Assembly (NCBI GenBank): GCA_040830765.1
Contig: JBFOMH010000019.1
Coordinates: 32,001 to 96,000 of the forward strand
Source of the DNA: Puniceicoccaceae bacterium
GTDB lineage: Bacteria; Verrucomicrobiota; Verrucomicrobiia; Opitutales; Oceanipulchritudinaceae
Reading direction: 5' to 3'
Length of the DNA stretch: 64,000 nucleotides
Positions 28,897 through 38,889 of this stretch are shown in pieces (the stretch's first letter is position 1; each line of letters begins with the position of its first letter). The position numbers were made by a program, and so were the translations under genes. The notes below the pieces were generated by a model. The model had not been told where the DNA came from, ran no database searches, and was given only the letters and a program-made list of their open reading frames with translations.

Positions 28897-30222
28897 CTAG
28901 AACTGGTAACCAACCCCAAGGTTGACCGCGGTGTCTCCCTTGCTGCCGTACTGGTCACTGTTGGAAATGTCCTGGAAGTCCGCCTTGAAGACAACCTGGT
29001 CAACCGGCCAGTAGTTGATCCCGATTTCCCAGATTTCGTTCTCCTTGAGCGAGCCGCTGAAATATTCGTAGTCGCTGTAGCGGAAATAGACCCCCAGGTC
29101 GCCATAGAAGTCGTCCATCGTCCAGCGATAGGAAGGCTCGATGAAGTAGCCCCACTGGTCCTCGGCATCGGTCGTCAGGGTCCCGTCAAGGTCCCAGCGG
29201 GCATAGAGCGCCCGCAGGCGCAGGCCTCCCTTGCTGTAGTCAATATGCGCTTCGGTCAACAGGCCTTGCACATCCTCGGGACCGGACTGCACCATGTCGT
29301 CCTGGTAAAAGGCCGATGCCCCGATTTCCAGCCCGGGCACACCAGTGTACTTGATTCTCGCTACATAAGCCGGGACCTCGTTGATGGCCTTGGCAACCTT
29401 CTGGCGCCCACCACGGATCTCCCCGCTGGCATCGATGTCCAGTCCGGAGGTAATACCCGCATCAACGGAAATACCATTGTCAAAGCGCCAGTTGCCTTTC
29501 ACCCCGGCTTCCCACCAGGTCGTCGGGATGATGCGCGACTCGATGTTGTTGCGCTCCACGCCATAGAAGGTGTTCGGCTCGTGGATCTCATTAATCATCC
29601 CCACCGGCATCAGGAACAAGCCCGCGTCCGTGCTGAAGTTGTCCTTCCAGTCCATGCGCACAAAGGCCTGTTCCAGCTCGACCGCACCGGGCTTGCCGTT
29701 CCCGGAATAGGCATGCTCCACTTCCAGCTCGGTGTACAAGGTGATCCAGTCGTTGAACTCATGGTTCACGAAAAGAACGAAGCGGTGAAAATCAATCTCG
29801 CTGTCCGCGTCGTCATAGAAGTTCGCGTGCAGTTCGCCATAGCCCCCGACCGACGTCCGCTCCCACCAGCCACGCTGGCTCGCGCCACTGCCGTCCGCCA
29901 TCTCCTCAACCGCCAGGGCTGTCGCCTCCAACTGCACCTGGGCCGTCTCGGCCTCCGCCCGTGCCTCCGCCGCAACCGCCGTCGCTGCCTCCGCTTCGCT
30001 CCGCGCCGCCGCCACTTCGCCACGGCTTTCCTCAACCAAGGCCCGTAGACGCTCAATCTCCGCCTGTTGCGCCTGCACCAGCGCCCACATCTCCTCAAGG
30101 CTCGGGGTTCCGGCATCCGCCGACTCCGCCGCCCGTAACTGCAGACTCCACAGGCTCAGCACCATGGCCAGCACCATCGTGCGCGTTCTCATTGTCAATT
30201 TAAGGGGGTTCGTCGTTTTCAT
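28897..30222 (-). CDS. Outer-membrane porin (OprO/P-like beta-barrel) with N-terminal coiled coil
   Basis: Signal peptide and Ala/Glu-rich coiled coil; GGYGELH, DFHRFVLF, ELEVEH, ELEQA and HEPNTFYGVERN motifs; terminal GVGYQF beta-signal. Confidence 0.85.
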   Translation of the reverse strand: MKTTNPLKLTMRTRTMVLAMVLSLWSLQLRAAESADAGTPSLEEMWALVQAQQAEIERLRALVEESRGEVAAARSEAEAATAVAAEARAEAETAQVQLEATALAVEEMADGSGASQRGWWERTSVGGYGELHANFYDDADSEIDFHRFVLFVNHEFNDWITLYTELEVEHAYSGNGKPGAVELEQAFVRMDWKDNFSTDAGLFLMPVGMINEIHEPNTFYGVERNNIESRIIPTTWWEAGVKGNWRFDNGISVDAGITSGLDIDASGEIRGGRQKVAKAINEVPAYVARIKYTGVPGLEIGASAFYQDDMVQSGPEDVQGLLTEAHIDYSKGGLRLRALYARWDLDGTLTTDAEDQWGYFIEPSYRWTMDDFYGDLGVYFRYSDYEYFSGSLKENEIWEIGINYWPVDQVVFKADFQDISNSDQYGSKGDTAVNLGVGYQF

Positions 30223-30224
30223 TG

Positions 30225-30284
30225 TTGATTATGAGTCTCAATAACACTGCGGGGGTGTCAACCCTTTTTGAAACCCATTCTCAA
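30225..30284. promoter_or_regulatory. Two Fur-box-like inverted repeats
   Basis: TTGATTATGAGTCTCAA (30225-30241) and TTGAAACCCATTCTCAA (30268-30284), both TTGA-N9-TCAA, flank a minus-strand TTGACA (30256-30261). Confidence 0.6.
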
Positions 30285-30363
30285 CTAATGCCCAACCCAA
30301 TGGTAAGGAGCGACTTAGGGGACGAAAAACCGGAAATACGAGGATTCTGAGCGGTAGGGGAAC

Positions 30364-31341
30364 CTACTGCGAATAGCCGTTTGGGTGGCGGGAATGCCAG
30401 TTCCAAGCGGTCTGGATAATGGACTCGATGTCGGTGTAGCGGGGCTGCCAGCCGAGTTCAGAAATGATTTTCTGTGATCCGGCGACGAGAATGGCGGGGT
30501 CTCCGGGGCGGCGCGGAGCGACCTCGGCGGGGATGGGATGGCCAGTAATCTTTCGGGCAGCCTCGATGACCTCCTTGACAGAGAATCCCTTGCCATTGCC
30601 GAGGTTGTAAATGCGGTTCCCCTGGTCGAGGGCATCGAGGGCGAGGACATGGGCGTTGATAAGATCCTCGATGTGGATGTAATCGCGGATGCAGGTCCCG
30701 TCCGGGGTATCATAATCGTCGCCGAACATGAAGACCTTTTCCCGCTGGCCGAGGGCGACCTGGAGAATGATCGGAATGAGGTGAAGCTCCGGACTATGGT
30801 CCTCTCCATGTTCTTCAGTCGCACCAGCGGCGTTGAAGTAGCGCAGGCAGGCAAACTTCAGTCCCCTGGTTACGGAGAGCCAGTGGAGGAAGCGCTCGAT
30901 AATGCCCTTGGACTCCCCGTAAGGACTGCCGGGAATGATCCGTTCATCCTCCTCGATGGGCATCTTGAGGGGATCGGCGAAGAGGTTAGCAGTGGAGGAG
31001 AGGATAATTTTCTTCACCCCGTGAAGGTCCATGGCCTTGAGGAGATTCAGGGCATAGACCACGTTGTCATTCAGATAAAGAAACGGCTGCTCCATCGACT
31101 CACCGACCAGCGAGTTGGCGGCAAAGTGCATGACCGCGTCCGGCTTGAATCCGGCAATGGCCTGTTCGATAGCGGCGTAGTCCTTAAGGTCGCCCTCGAC
31201 AAAGGCGGCGCCTTTGGCAACGGCCTCGCGGTGCCCCTGCTGCAGGTTGTCAAACACGAGAACCTCATAACCTTCACGGACGAGAATCTCCGTGGCCACG
31301 CTTCCAATATATCCGGCTCCGCCGGTTACCAGTACTTTCAT
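30364..31341 (-). CDS. galE: UDP-glucose 4-epimerase
   Basis: [21 protein letters not shown] (YxxxK), [20 protein letters not shown] and RRPGDP motifs. Confidence 0.96.
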   Translation of the reverse strand: MKVLVTGGAGYIGSVATEILVREGYEVLVFDNLQQGHREAVAKGAAFVEGDLKDYAAIEQAIAGFKPDAVMHFAANSLVGESMEQPFLYLNDNVVYALNLLKAMDLHGVKKIILSSTANLFADPLKMPIEEDERIIPGSPYGESKGIIERFLHWLSVTRGLKFACLRYFNAAGATEEHGEDHSPELHLIPIILQVALGQREKVFMFGDDYDTPDGTCIRDYIHIEDLINAHVLALDALDQGNRIYNLGNGKGFSVKEVIEAARKITGHPIPAEVAPRRPGDPAILVAGSQKIISELGWQPRYTDIESIIQTAWNWHSRHPNGYSQ

Positions 31342-31371
31342 GTCGTTAAACTCCAACTACATTCATACGGT

Positions 31372-32565
31372 TCAATTATCGAGAATCTCCACCCGGCCAC
31401 CATCGGCCGGGGCGGTTATAAAAATCCCGGGCTCCTGCCCGAATCTGGCGGCAAAGGCAGTGGCCACCGCTTCAGCTACCGTTCGCGCTTCATCCTTATG
31501 GACCAGCGCAATGCAGGAGCCGCCGAATCCACCACCGGTCATGCGGCAGCCGGCCACCCCCTCAAGCTTCTGGGCCGTGGCGGCGATGAAATCCAGTTCA
31601 TCGCAGCTGACCCGGTAGTCGTCCCTGAGGGAGGCATGACTGGCATTAAGCAACTGGCCGGCCAGGCGGATATCACCATCGGCGAGCGCTTTGACCGTCT
31701 TGTGGGTCCGCTCATTCTCCGTCACGTTGTGGCGCACCGCACGGACCATGTCCTTGTCGATCTGCAGGTTCTCCAGCACCTCGTCCAATGAATCCATCGG
31801 GATGTGCCGCAGGGAAGCGACTCCCAATTTCTCCGCCGCCTGATGGCAGGCTGCCCGGCGCTTGGCGTATTCCCCGTCAGCCAGCTCGTGGGCTACACCG
31901 GAATTGATGATCATCAAGCGCCATTCAGGCGCATCAAAGGGGGCTTGTTCAAAGGTCTCGTATTCACAGTCGAGAAACAGCAAATGGCCCTCCTGACAAT
32001 TGAGCACCGCCGCCTGGTCCATGATCCCGCAGGGGACATCCGCATAGTCGTGCTCCGCCTTCTGGCACAGCTTAGCCAGATCAAAGCGATCCATCGTTTT
32101 TCCAGCCATGGCCAATAGGGCCAGGCCCGCTGCCGCCTCAAGGGCGGCGCTACTGCTCAGTCCCCCACCAACCGGAATTGTCGACTCGACTTGCGCGTCA
32201 AATCCCTGCAGGGGAATGCCGGCCTTCTCTAATCCGGCCATGACGCCTCGGATGTAGCGACCCCAGTCACGGCCGTTGTCAGGCGAAAGGGCATCTATGG
32301 CGAACTCCGCCCGCTCTGGAAAATTGGCCGAAGCCAGGCGGACCGTACTGGTTCCGTTGGGCCGGACCGCCATCACCATGTAGCGCTCGATTGCCGCCGG
32401 AAGGACCCAGCCGCCGTTGTAATCCACATGCTCCCCGATAACGTTGACCCGGCCGGGGGTAACAGCGACGACGCTCGGCGAATGGCCCCAGGTCCGGGCA
32501 AACTGTTCCTTGACCCGCTCTACGATGCGGGCTGAATCTTCGGAATCTTTTATAAAATCGGTCAT
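31372..32565 (-). CDS. galK: Galactokinase
   Basis: PGRVNVIGEHVDYNGG, IPVGGGLSSSAA, CGIMDQ and RMTGGGFGGS motifs. Confidence 0.95.
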   Translation of the reverse strand: MTDFIKDSEDSARIVERVKEQFARTWGHSPSVVAVTPGRVNVIGEHVDYNGGWVLPAAIERYMVMAVRPNGTSTVRLASANFPERAEFAIDALSPDNGRDWGRYIRGVMAGLEKAGIPLQGFDAQVESTIPVGGGLSSSAALEAAAGLALLAMAGKTMDRFDLAKLCQKAEHDYADVPCGIMDQAAVLNCQEGHLLFLDCEYETFEQAPFDAPEWRLMIINSGVAHELADGEYAKRRAACHQAAEKLGVASLRHIPMDSLDEVLENLQIDKDMVRAVRHNVTENERTHKTVKALADGDIRLAGQLLNASHASLRDDYRVSCDELDFIAATAQKLEGVAGCRMTGGGFGGSCIALVHKDEARTVAEAVATAFAARFGQEPGIFITAPADGGRVEILDN

Positions 32566-32667
32566 ATGATAACGCCTCCTCGGTCGCTTTTAATAAAGCT
32601 TAGCATAATATTGTCCCTTGCAATTGATGAATTGTTATCAATTATTTAAGAAATCCGGTCAATTTAG

Positions 32668-33834
32668 ATGAAGCGCATTGCCATACTTGTGGAAACAGCC
32701 TTGGCCTCGGGAAGGAGCATCCTTGCGGGGATCAGCGAGTATGTCCATGAACGGGACGACTGGTCCGTCTTCCACCCGACCGGTTACCTTGGCGCCACTG
32801 AGCCCGGCGGACTCGAACAGTGGGACGGAGATGGGATTATCGCCCGCATCTCCGGAACCCGGGTTCTTGAATCCGTGCGACTGAAAAACGTTCCGGTCGT
32901 CGATGTCCTGGGCAACGTTCCCGCCTGCCCCTACCCCATCATCAAGAGTGACGACCGGGCCATCGGACGCATGGCGGCGGAACACTTTATCGAGTCCGGT
33001 CATCATCATTTCGCCTTCCTTGGTCTGGAGGATGAGCGCTGGTCACTGGATCGTGAGGAGGCATTCCTGGAAACGGTCCGCCATCGGGCAAGGCAGACCT
33101 CGAGCTTCCACCTCAATGCGGATGAGAAACGTGCCGGCCACTGGAACGAGAACGTCCACCACATGGTGGAGTGGCTGGAACCGCTTCCACGACCGCTGGG
33201 ATTGATGGTAGCCAGTGATCAGTTTGGCCCCATGGCCATGAAAGCCTGCCAACGGATGGGGCTTCTGGTCCCGGAGGAGATCAGTGTCGTCGGGGTGGAC
33301 AACGACCAGCCCTTCTGCGACCTTTGCCGGCCCCGGCTGAGCAGCATCGAACCGGACCACGTGAAGGTCGGTTATGAGGCTGCCAGGCTGCTGGACCGGA
33401 TGATATCCGGGGAAACGGTCTCCATCCGGCAGGTTGAGACGTCACCCCTGACCCTGCACCGGCGTCCCTCCACCGATGCAACAGCCGTCAATGATCCGAC
33501 ACTGGTGAAGGCCCTGCAATATATCCGCGAAAGCGCCTGCCTTGGGATATCCGTTGATGCCGTCGCCCGGGAGGCTGGTCTCTCGCGCAGCGTCCTGCAG
33601 CGACGCTTCCAGGAGCACCTCGGAAGAACTGTCGGGGAAAGCCTGCAGGCAACCAAGCTGCGCCGGGCCCGGGACATGCTCACGTTTACGGAACTTCCCC
33701 TTGCTGAGGTGGCCGAGCGAAGCGGATTCAATTACCAGGAGTACCTGACCTACGTCTTCAAGAAGCACCTCGGCACGACGCCTGCACGCTATCGGGCCAA
33801 TACGAGGGAGTTGGCCCGGGACAGTTTAACGTGA
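32668..33834 (+). CDS. XylR-family transcriptional regulator (periplasmic-binding-like domain plus AraC HTH)
   Basis: GDGIIAR, VPEEISVVGVDND and LSSI motifs; C-terminal AraC GLSRSVLQRRF...GF...FKKHLGTTPARYR. Confidence 0.92.
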   Translation: MKRIAILVETALASGRSILAGISEYVHERDDWSVFHPTGYLGATEPGGLEQWDGDGIIARISGTRVLESVRLKNVPVVDVLGNVPACPYPIIKSDDRAIGRMAAEHFIESGHHHFAFLGLEDERWSLDREEAFLETVRHRARQTSSFHLNADEKRAGHWNENVHHMVEWLEPLPRPLGLMVASDQFGPMAMKACQRMGLLVPEEISVVGVDNDQPFCDLCRPRLSSIEPDHVKVGYEAARLLDRMISGETVSIRQVETSPLTLHRRPSTDATAVNDPTLVKALQYIRESACLGISVDAVAREAGLSRSVLQRRFQEHLGRTVGESLQATKLRRARDMLTFTELPLAEVAERSGFNYQEYLTYVFKKHLGTTPARYRANTRELARDSLT

Positions 33835-33894
33835 AAAATATCAGGGACAGGGCGACTGGCTGCTAAAGGAATTGAGTGCTTCAGCAAGGTTGTC

Positions 33895-34932
33895 TTAACG
33901 GGTTATGGTGCCGTCCAAATCCCAAAGATCCTGCCAGTCATTTGCCCCTTCCCAGAGGAAAACCTGCCCCTTGATAAGGCGGCAATTCCGATCAATACCG
34001 GCGATAGCGGCCATCTCCTCATCTGTCAGGGGATCGTCGCAGATGCTCTTCAGGTTGGAGAGGTAATTCCGGCGACTGGTGGACATGGGGATCGGTACCT
34101 GACCCCGCTGGGCGGCCCACTTGACGCACAAGGTGGCAGGATGGATACCGTGATTTGCCGCGATCTCGACAATTACCGGATCCTCAATATCAACCGTGTC
34201 TTCAGGGGTACGGTCACGCTCAGGTCGGGCCGGGGATCCAATGGGGCTGTAGCCAACCGGGACTATCCCGTTCTTCACCACGTAATCGAAGAGATCCGGC
34301 TGCTGGAAATGCGGGTGGAGTTCCATTTCATTGACGGCCGGCTTGATAGTGGCATCTCGCAGAATCAGTTCCAGCTTGGGGACTGTGACGTTGGAGGTAC
34401 CGATATTGCGGACCAGTCCGGCCTCCACTAATTGCTCCATCTCCTGCCAGGTCCGCATGAAGTTTTCATGGATGTAGGGCGTGGAGTCCGGGGATCGGGA
34501 ATCGACATCGCATTTCGGCGGATGGTAGTTGGGAAACGGCCAGTGGACGAGGTAGAGGTCGAGATAATCCAGACCAAGGTCCTGCAGTGACTGCTTGCAG
34601 GATGCTGTTACTTGTCCTTCCCCATGCATGTCGTTCCAAAGCTTGGACGTGATCCAAAGTTCCTCGCGGGCGATCCCGCCATCCAGGATCACCTTCAGGG
34701 ACTCGCCTATCTTGTCTTCATTGCAATAAACCGAGGCACAATCGAAGTGGCGGTAACCGACAGCCGCCGCCCCGATGACAGCATTGGCAATGGCCTCATG
34801 GCTCACGGCATCCGAACCGAAGGTTCCAAGCCCGATAGCCGGTATTGTGTCCCCGGTGTGAAGGGTCCGGAATGGAACGGTTGCGGGGTCGACTTCATCT
34901 CCCTTCCGCTCGAGTAAAGGATGTTCTGACAT
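33895..34932 (-). CDS. Aldo/keto reductase (aldose-reductase-like)
   Basis: IPAIGLGTF, GYRHFDCASVY, ITSKLWND, DLYLVHWP, IGTSN, ELHPHFQQ and YSPIGS motifs. Confidence 0.92.
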   Translation of the reverse strand: MSEHPLLERKGDEVDPATVPFRTLHTGDTIPAIGLGTFGSDAVSHEAIANAVIGAAAVGYRHFDCASVYCNEDKIGESLKVILDGGIAREELWITSKLWNDMHGEGQVTASCKQSLQDLGLDYLDLYLVHWPFPNYHPPKCDVDSRSPDSTPYIHENFMRTWQEMEQLVEAGLVRNIGTSNVTVPKLELILRDATIKPAVNEMELHPHFQQPDLFDYVVKNGIVPVGYSPIGSPARPERDRTPEDTVDIEDPVIVEIAANHGIHPATLCVKWAAQRGQVPIPMSTSRRNYLSNLKSICDDPLTDEEMAAIAGIDRNCRLIKGQVFLWEGANDWQDLWDLDGTITR

Positions 34933-34956
34933 TGTTTGATGGAGTTTGAGAATAGT

Positions 34957-35388
34957 TCAGCAGGGGGTGACGCCCTTTTTTAGCAGGATGTTGCCGTACT
35001 TGGCCGTCTCTCCGGTCATGACCACGGCAAAGGCGGACTTGGCCCGCTCATAGAAGGCAAAGCGATCGATGCGTTCTATCGGCGCGACGCCGGGATTCGT
35101 CTGGTGGATGCTCATGAGGTACGATTCCTCAACGGCCGGATCCAGGGTATCGCCTTCCACCGCAGCCATCATGGCAAGGGGATGTTCCACATAGGAATCC
35201 AGTTCAAAGAGCGGTAGAATGGCCGCCAGCAGATCGGGAATGCGTAGGCCGTCGGCGCGAATGACGTAATCATTGCAGCTCTCGCCCGGGAAATGGGCGT
35301 CGGCGAGGATGAGCTCGTCCCCATGTCCCATGCGGGCCATGACTTCGAGCAATTCAGGACTGATGAGGGGTGATATGCCTTTTAACAT
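34957..35388 (-). CDS. fucU: L-fucose mutarotase (RbsD/FucU family)
   Basis: [38 protein letters not shown] and [10 protein letters not shown] motifs. Confidence 0.92.
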   Translation of the reverse strand: MLKGISPLISPELLEVMARMGHGDELILADAHFPGESCNDYVIRADGLRIPDLLAAILPLFELDSYVEHPLAMMAAVEGDTLDPAVEESYLMSIHQTNPGVAPIERIDRFAFYERAKSAFAVVMTGETAKYGNILLKKGVTPC

Positions 35389-35410
35389 GATAGATGTTCC
35401 TAATTAAAAT

Positions 35411-36529
35411 TTAACAACAGCCACAATCGCTGTCCGCAGCCAGGTTCGCTCCGCTGCTCTCGCGTTCCAGTTCCTCGTCGAAACAGACTGCAACCTTTCC
35501 ACAACGACCCTCGTTCATTAGCTCGTATGCCTTGTCGACATCACTGAGAGCAAACCGGTGCGTGACCAAATCCTCAGGATGGATTTGCCAGCGGACAAGG
35601 CGCTCAATGAGCTCCTCCATGCGCCAGAGATTCGTCACCCAGGACCCGTAGATCGTCTTCTGGTCATGGATGATATCCCGGGATGGGTGGAATTCACACG
35701 TCCCACCCTCGCCAATGAAGACAATTTTGCCCCATTTGCGGGCTGCCTGAATGGCAGTCAGGCGGGCTTTGTCGTTGCCGGAGCAATCCACTGAGCGCTC
35801 GACGCCCCTTCCGCCGGTCAACTTCAGGACTTGGGCGAGGTTGTCCGGACCGGCTGTCAATACATGGTCACAAAGTCCCTTTTCCAGCGCGATCTCCATG
35901 CGCTCCGGGATAACGTCAATCCCGATAATCTGGTTTGCTCCGAGGGCACGGCAGAGCATCCCGGCCGCCAGCCCAACGGGGCCCAACCCGGTGATGAGCA
36001 CGGCATCATTGCCGCTGATCCCAATCTTCTCCAATCCTTCATAAACGGTCCCGAATCCGCAGGCCACCTGGGCTCCATCGACATAACTGAGTTCATCCGG
36101 AAGCAGGCAAAGGTCCTTTTCCTCTGCCAGGCAATAATCCGCCATGCCGCCATCCCGTTGCCAGCCATAGGCGGCCCGGGAGGGACTGGTGCAGCTGATC
36201 ATGTAACCCCTGCGGCAGTCGTTGCAGACCCCGCATCCGGAAATATGGTAAACGACAACTCGATCCCCTTCTTTAAAGCGCTTCAAACCGGGGCCGGCCT
36301 TGACGATTTGGCCGCAGGGTTCATGGCCAGCAATCTTGTCTTGGTAGGCCTCGGGACCTTTGCCAAGATGCTCCCGGTAGATGGCCCGGATATCGCTGCC
36401 ACAGATAGTGGAGGCCTTCATCCGGAGAAGAACTTCCCCGTGCCCAGGCTCGGGGACCGGGACATCCCTGAGGACCGTTGTGCTGTTTCCGGGCAAGTAG
36501 GCCCCTTGCATCGTATTGGGTAGTGCCAT
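35411..36529 (-). CDS. Zinc-binding (polyol/threonine-type) dehydrogenase
   Basis: ICGSD, GHEPCG, structural Zn [15 protein letters not shown] and GLGPVG motifs. Confidence 0.9.
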   Translation of the reverse strand: MALPNTMQGAYLPGNSTTVLRDVPVPEPGHGEVLLRMKASTICGSDIRAIYREHLGKGPEAYQDKIAGHEPCGQIVKAGPGLKRFKEGDRVVVYHISGCGVCNDCRRGYMISCTSPSRAAYGWQRDGGMADYCLAEEKDLCLLPDELSYVDGAQVACGFGTVYEGLEKIGISGNDAVLITGLGPVGLAAGMLCRALGANQIIGIDVIPERMEIALEKGLCDHVLTAGPDNLAQVLKLTGGRGVERSVDCSGNDKARLTAIQAARKWGKIVFIGEGGTCEFHPSRDIIHDQKTIYGSWVTNLWRMEELIERLVRWQIHPEDLVTHRFALSDVDKAYELMNEGRCGKVAVCFDEELERESSGANLAADSDCGCC

Positions 36530-36793
36530 GGTTTCTTCAAGATAATGCATGGGGCCTGAAAAGAAAATCGAAAATCCGGACCTTGGGATGGATAATAATG
36601 ACCTTGAATAGAGGCCAAGCCATCTTCTGGCGCCAAATAGTCCTGAGGAATTCGGATTATCCGATTGAGGTCAGGAATATCCATGTTCAGGATGTATCCT
36701 TCCATTCCCCGTTCCAGCCAAAGCAACTAACATCGCGGCGGGTGGGCATCTATTACAGGGATTGTGTTTCATCATTACCTCACTAACCACATC

Positions 36794-38212
36794 ATGAGTA
36801 ACTCCAATAATGACGGCGGGAACCACGCCAATCGGGTCGTCCAGCCCCAGTACCTCTACCCCTTCATCCTGGTCACCAGCCTCTTTGCCCTCTGGGGCTT
36901 TGCCAACGACGTGACCAATCCGCTCGTCCGGGCCTTCAAGGAAATCTTCCTCATCAGCAATGCCCAAAGCAGCCTCGTGCAATGGGCCTTCTACGGCGGC
37001 TATGCCACCATGGCCATTCCGGCAGCCCTGGTCATCCGCAAGCTCTCCTTCAAGTCGGGCATCATCATTGGGCTGATCCTCTACGCGGCGGGTGCGCTGC
37101 TGACCATCCCCGCGGCCTCCCTGATGCAATTCAACATCTTCCTCATTGGGTTCTATGTCCTGACCTTTGGACTGGCCTTCCTGGAGACCAGCGCCAACCC
37201 CTACATACTCTCCATGGGCTCACCGGAGACGGCCACCCGGCGCCTTAATCTCGCCCAGGCCTTTAATCCAATGGGTTCCCTGACGGGGATGCTGGTAGCG
37301 AGCATGTTGATCCTTCCCAATCTCGACGTGGCCGACTTCCGCCAGGCACAATGGGACAATCATCCGGAATACCAGGAGATGCTACCCAGTGAGGTGGATG
37401 GTTTGATCAACACAGCCTTGGAGACTTTCGCTGAAACCAGTCCGCAAACCCATCAGGCGATGGTTGCCCATGACCTCAGTGTCGTGAAGATCCCCTATGT
37501 TGTCATTGCCATGGTGGTCACCGGGGTTCTCCTCCTGTTCATTGTCTCCAAGATGCCGGATACCGGTGACGAAGAAGAAAAGATCCGGCTGGGACCGCTG
37601 ATGCGACACTTGTTTGGCAGCTTCCACTACTACGGAGGTGTGATCGCCCAGACCTTTTACGTGGGGGCCCAAATCATGTGCTGGACCTTCATTATCCATT
37701 ACGGGATGACCCTCATTGGACTCAGTGCTGCCCAGGCCCAGAATTACAATATCATCGCCATGGTCATCTTTCTCAGCTCCCGTTTCATCTGTACGTTTTT
37801 CCTCAAGTACATCAATCCGGGCATGCTGCTGGGCATTCTCGCCATTGGGGGCGGTTTGCTGACCTTGGGAGCGATCTTCATCCAGGGCATGCCGGGCCTT
37901 TATTGCCTCATCGGTGTTTCCGCCTGCATGTCACTGATGTTCCCGACCATTTACGGCATTGCGCTCCATGGGCTGACTCCCAACGACGCCAAACTGGGCT
38001 CGGCCGGGCTCATCTTTGCCATCGTTGGCGGTGCCTTCATGCCACGGATGCAAGGCGCCATGATCGACGGCGAAGGGATGACCCTCTTCGGCCAGACCCT
38101 GGAGTCCGTCCGGGTCTCCTTTTTCCTGCCCGTGATCTGCTTCATCGTCATTGCCATCTACGGTTTCCTTTCCAACGCCATTGACCGCAAAGAGCACCCC
38201 GGCGGAGCCTGA
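36794..38212 (+). CDS. fucP: L-fucose:H+ symporter-family MFS permease
   Basis: LFALWGFAND, FYGGY, LETSANPY, RRLNLAQAFNP, FYVGAQ, SLMFPTIY and AIVGGA motifs. Confidence 0.9.
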   Translation: MSNSNNDGGNHANRVVQPQYLYPFILVTSLFALWGFANDVTNPLVRAFKEIFLISNAQSSLVQWAFYGGYATMAIPAALVIRKLSFKSGIIIGLILYAAGALLTIPAASLMQFNIFLIGFYVLTFGLAFLETSANPYILSMGSPETATRRLNLAQAFNPMGSLTGMLVASMLILPNLDVADFRQAQWDNHPEYQEMLPSEVDGLINTALETFAETSPQTHQAMVAHDLSVVKIPYVVIAMVVTGVLLLFIVSKMPDTGDEEEKIRLGPLMRHLFGSFHYYGGVIAQTFYVGAQIMCWTFIIHYGMTLIGLSAAQAQNYNIIAMVIFLSSRFICTFFLKYINPGMLLGILAIGGGLLTLGAIFIQGMPGLYCLIGVSACMSLMFPTIYGIALHGLTPNDAKLGSAGLIFAIVGGAFMPRMQGAMIDGEGMTLFGQTLESVRVSFFLPVICFIVIAIYGFLSNAIDRKEHPGGA

Positions 38213-38275
38213 GCAGCCGCGCAGAGCCAGCAAGTCGGGATTGAAACAATGACCGACTCATGTTAGCTTTCACTG

Positions 38276-38680
38276 GTGACGCTACTGGAATGGTTCAAGG
38301 AACATGAAGCCCTGCTGGCTTGGAGCGGTGGCTTGGGATTCCTCATGTTTGTCGCTTCGATCGCCGCCATTCCCATTATCATCGCCTGGATGCCGGAAGA
38401 CTATTTCGTCCGCATCTCGCGGAAACCCTTCAAGCGCAAGCCGTTGCGGCAAGTCCTCCGTATTCTCAAAAACTTACTCGGCCTGACGCTCCTGCTGTGC
38501 GGACTCATCCTCCTGCTCCTCCCCGGACAGGGCATTCTCACCATCGTCATCGGAATCAGCCTCATTGACTTCCCGGGCAAGCACCAGCTCCAGTTGCGCC
38601 TCGTCCAGACCCCTAAAATCCGCCAGTCCATCCAGTGGATCCGCGCCAGGGTCCATCATAAGCCCCTCATCATCCCCTGA
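38276..38680 (+). CDS. Small membrane protein (PGPGW-domain-like)
   Basis: Hydrophobic segments with MPEDYF, KNLLG, LPGQGILT and DFPGK motifs. Confidence 0.75.
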   Translation: MTLLEWFKEHEALLAWSGGLGFLMFVASIAAIPIIIAWMPEDYFVRISRKPFKRKPLRQVLRILKNLLGLTLLLCGLILLLLPGQGILTIVIGISLIDFPGKHQLQLRLVQTPKIRQSIQWIRARVHHKPLIIP

Positions 38681-38889
38681 ATACTGACCGGTTCGGATGT
38701 AAAACCCACCCTGAGCTCGCCTCACAGGTTTCCAGAAGCTCTGTAATTCTAAAAACAGACAAGAAGACAAATAGCCCCTTTTGTGCGCTTTTTCAGTCTT
38801 CAAACAGATTTTTTCAATGACCTAACCAATTGCGACAAGGTGCATAACTGCCATAGCTTCATTTCTGAAACCTAAATCTCCACTAGAAC

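Noticed and set aside
29930..30080. Repetitive GCC-rich stretch in the porin gene
   Set aside because: It is explained by an Ala/Glu-rich coiled-coil coding sequence and is not a DNA repeat element.
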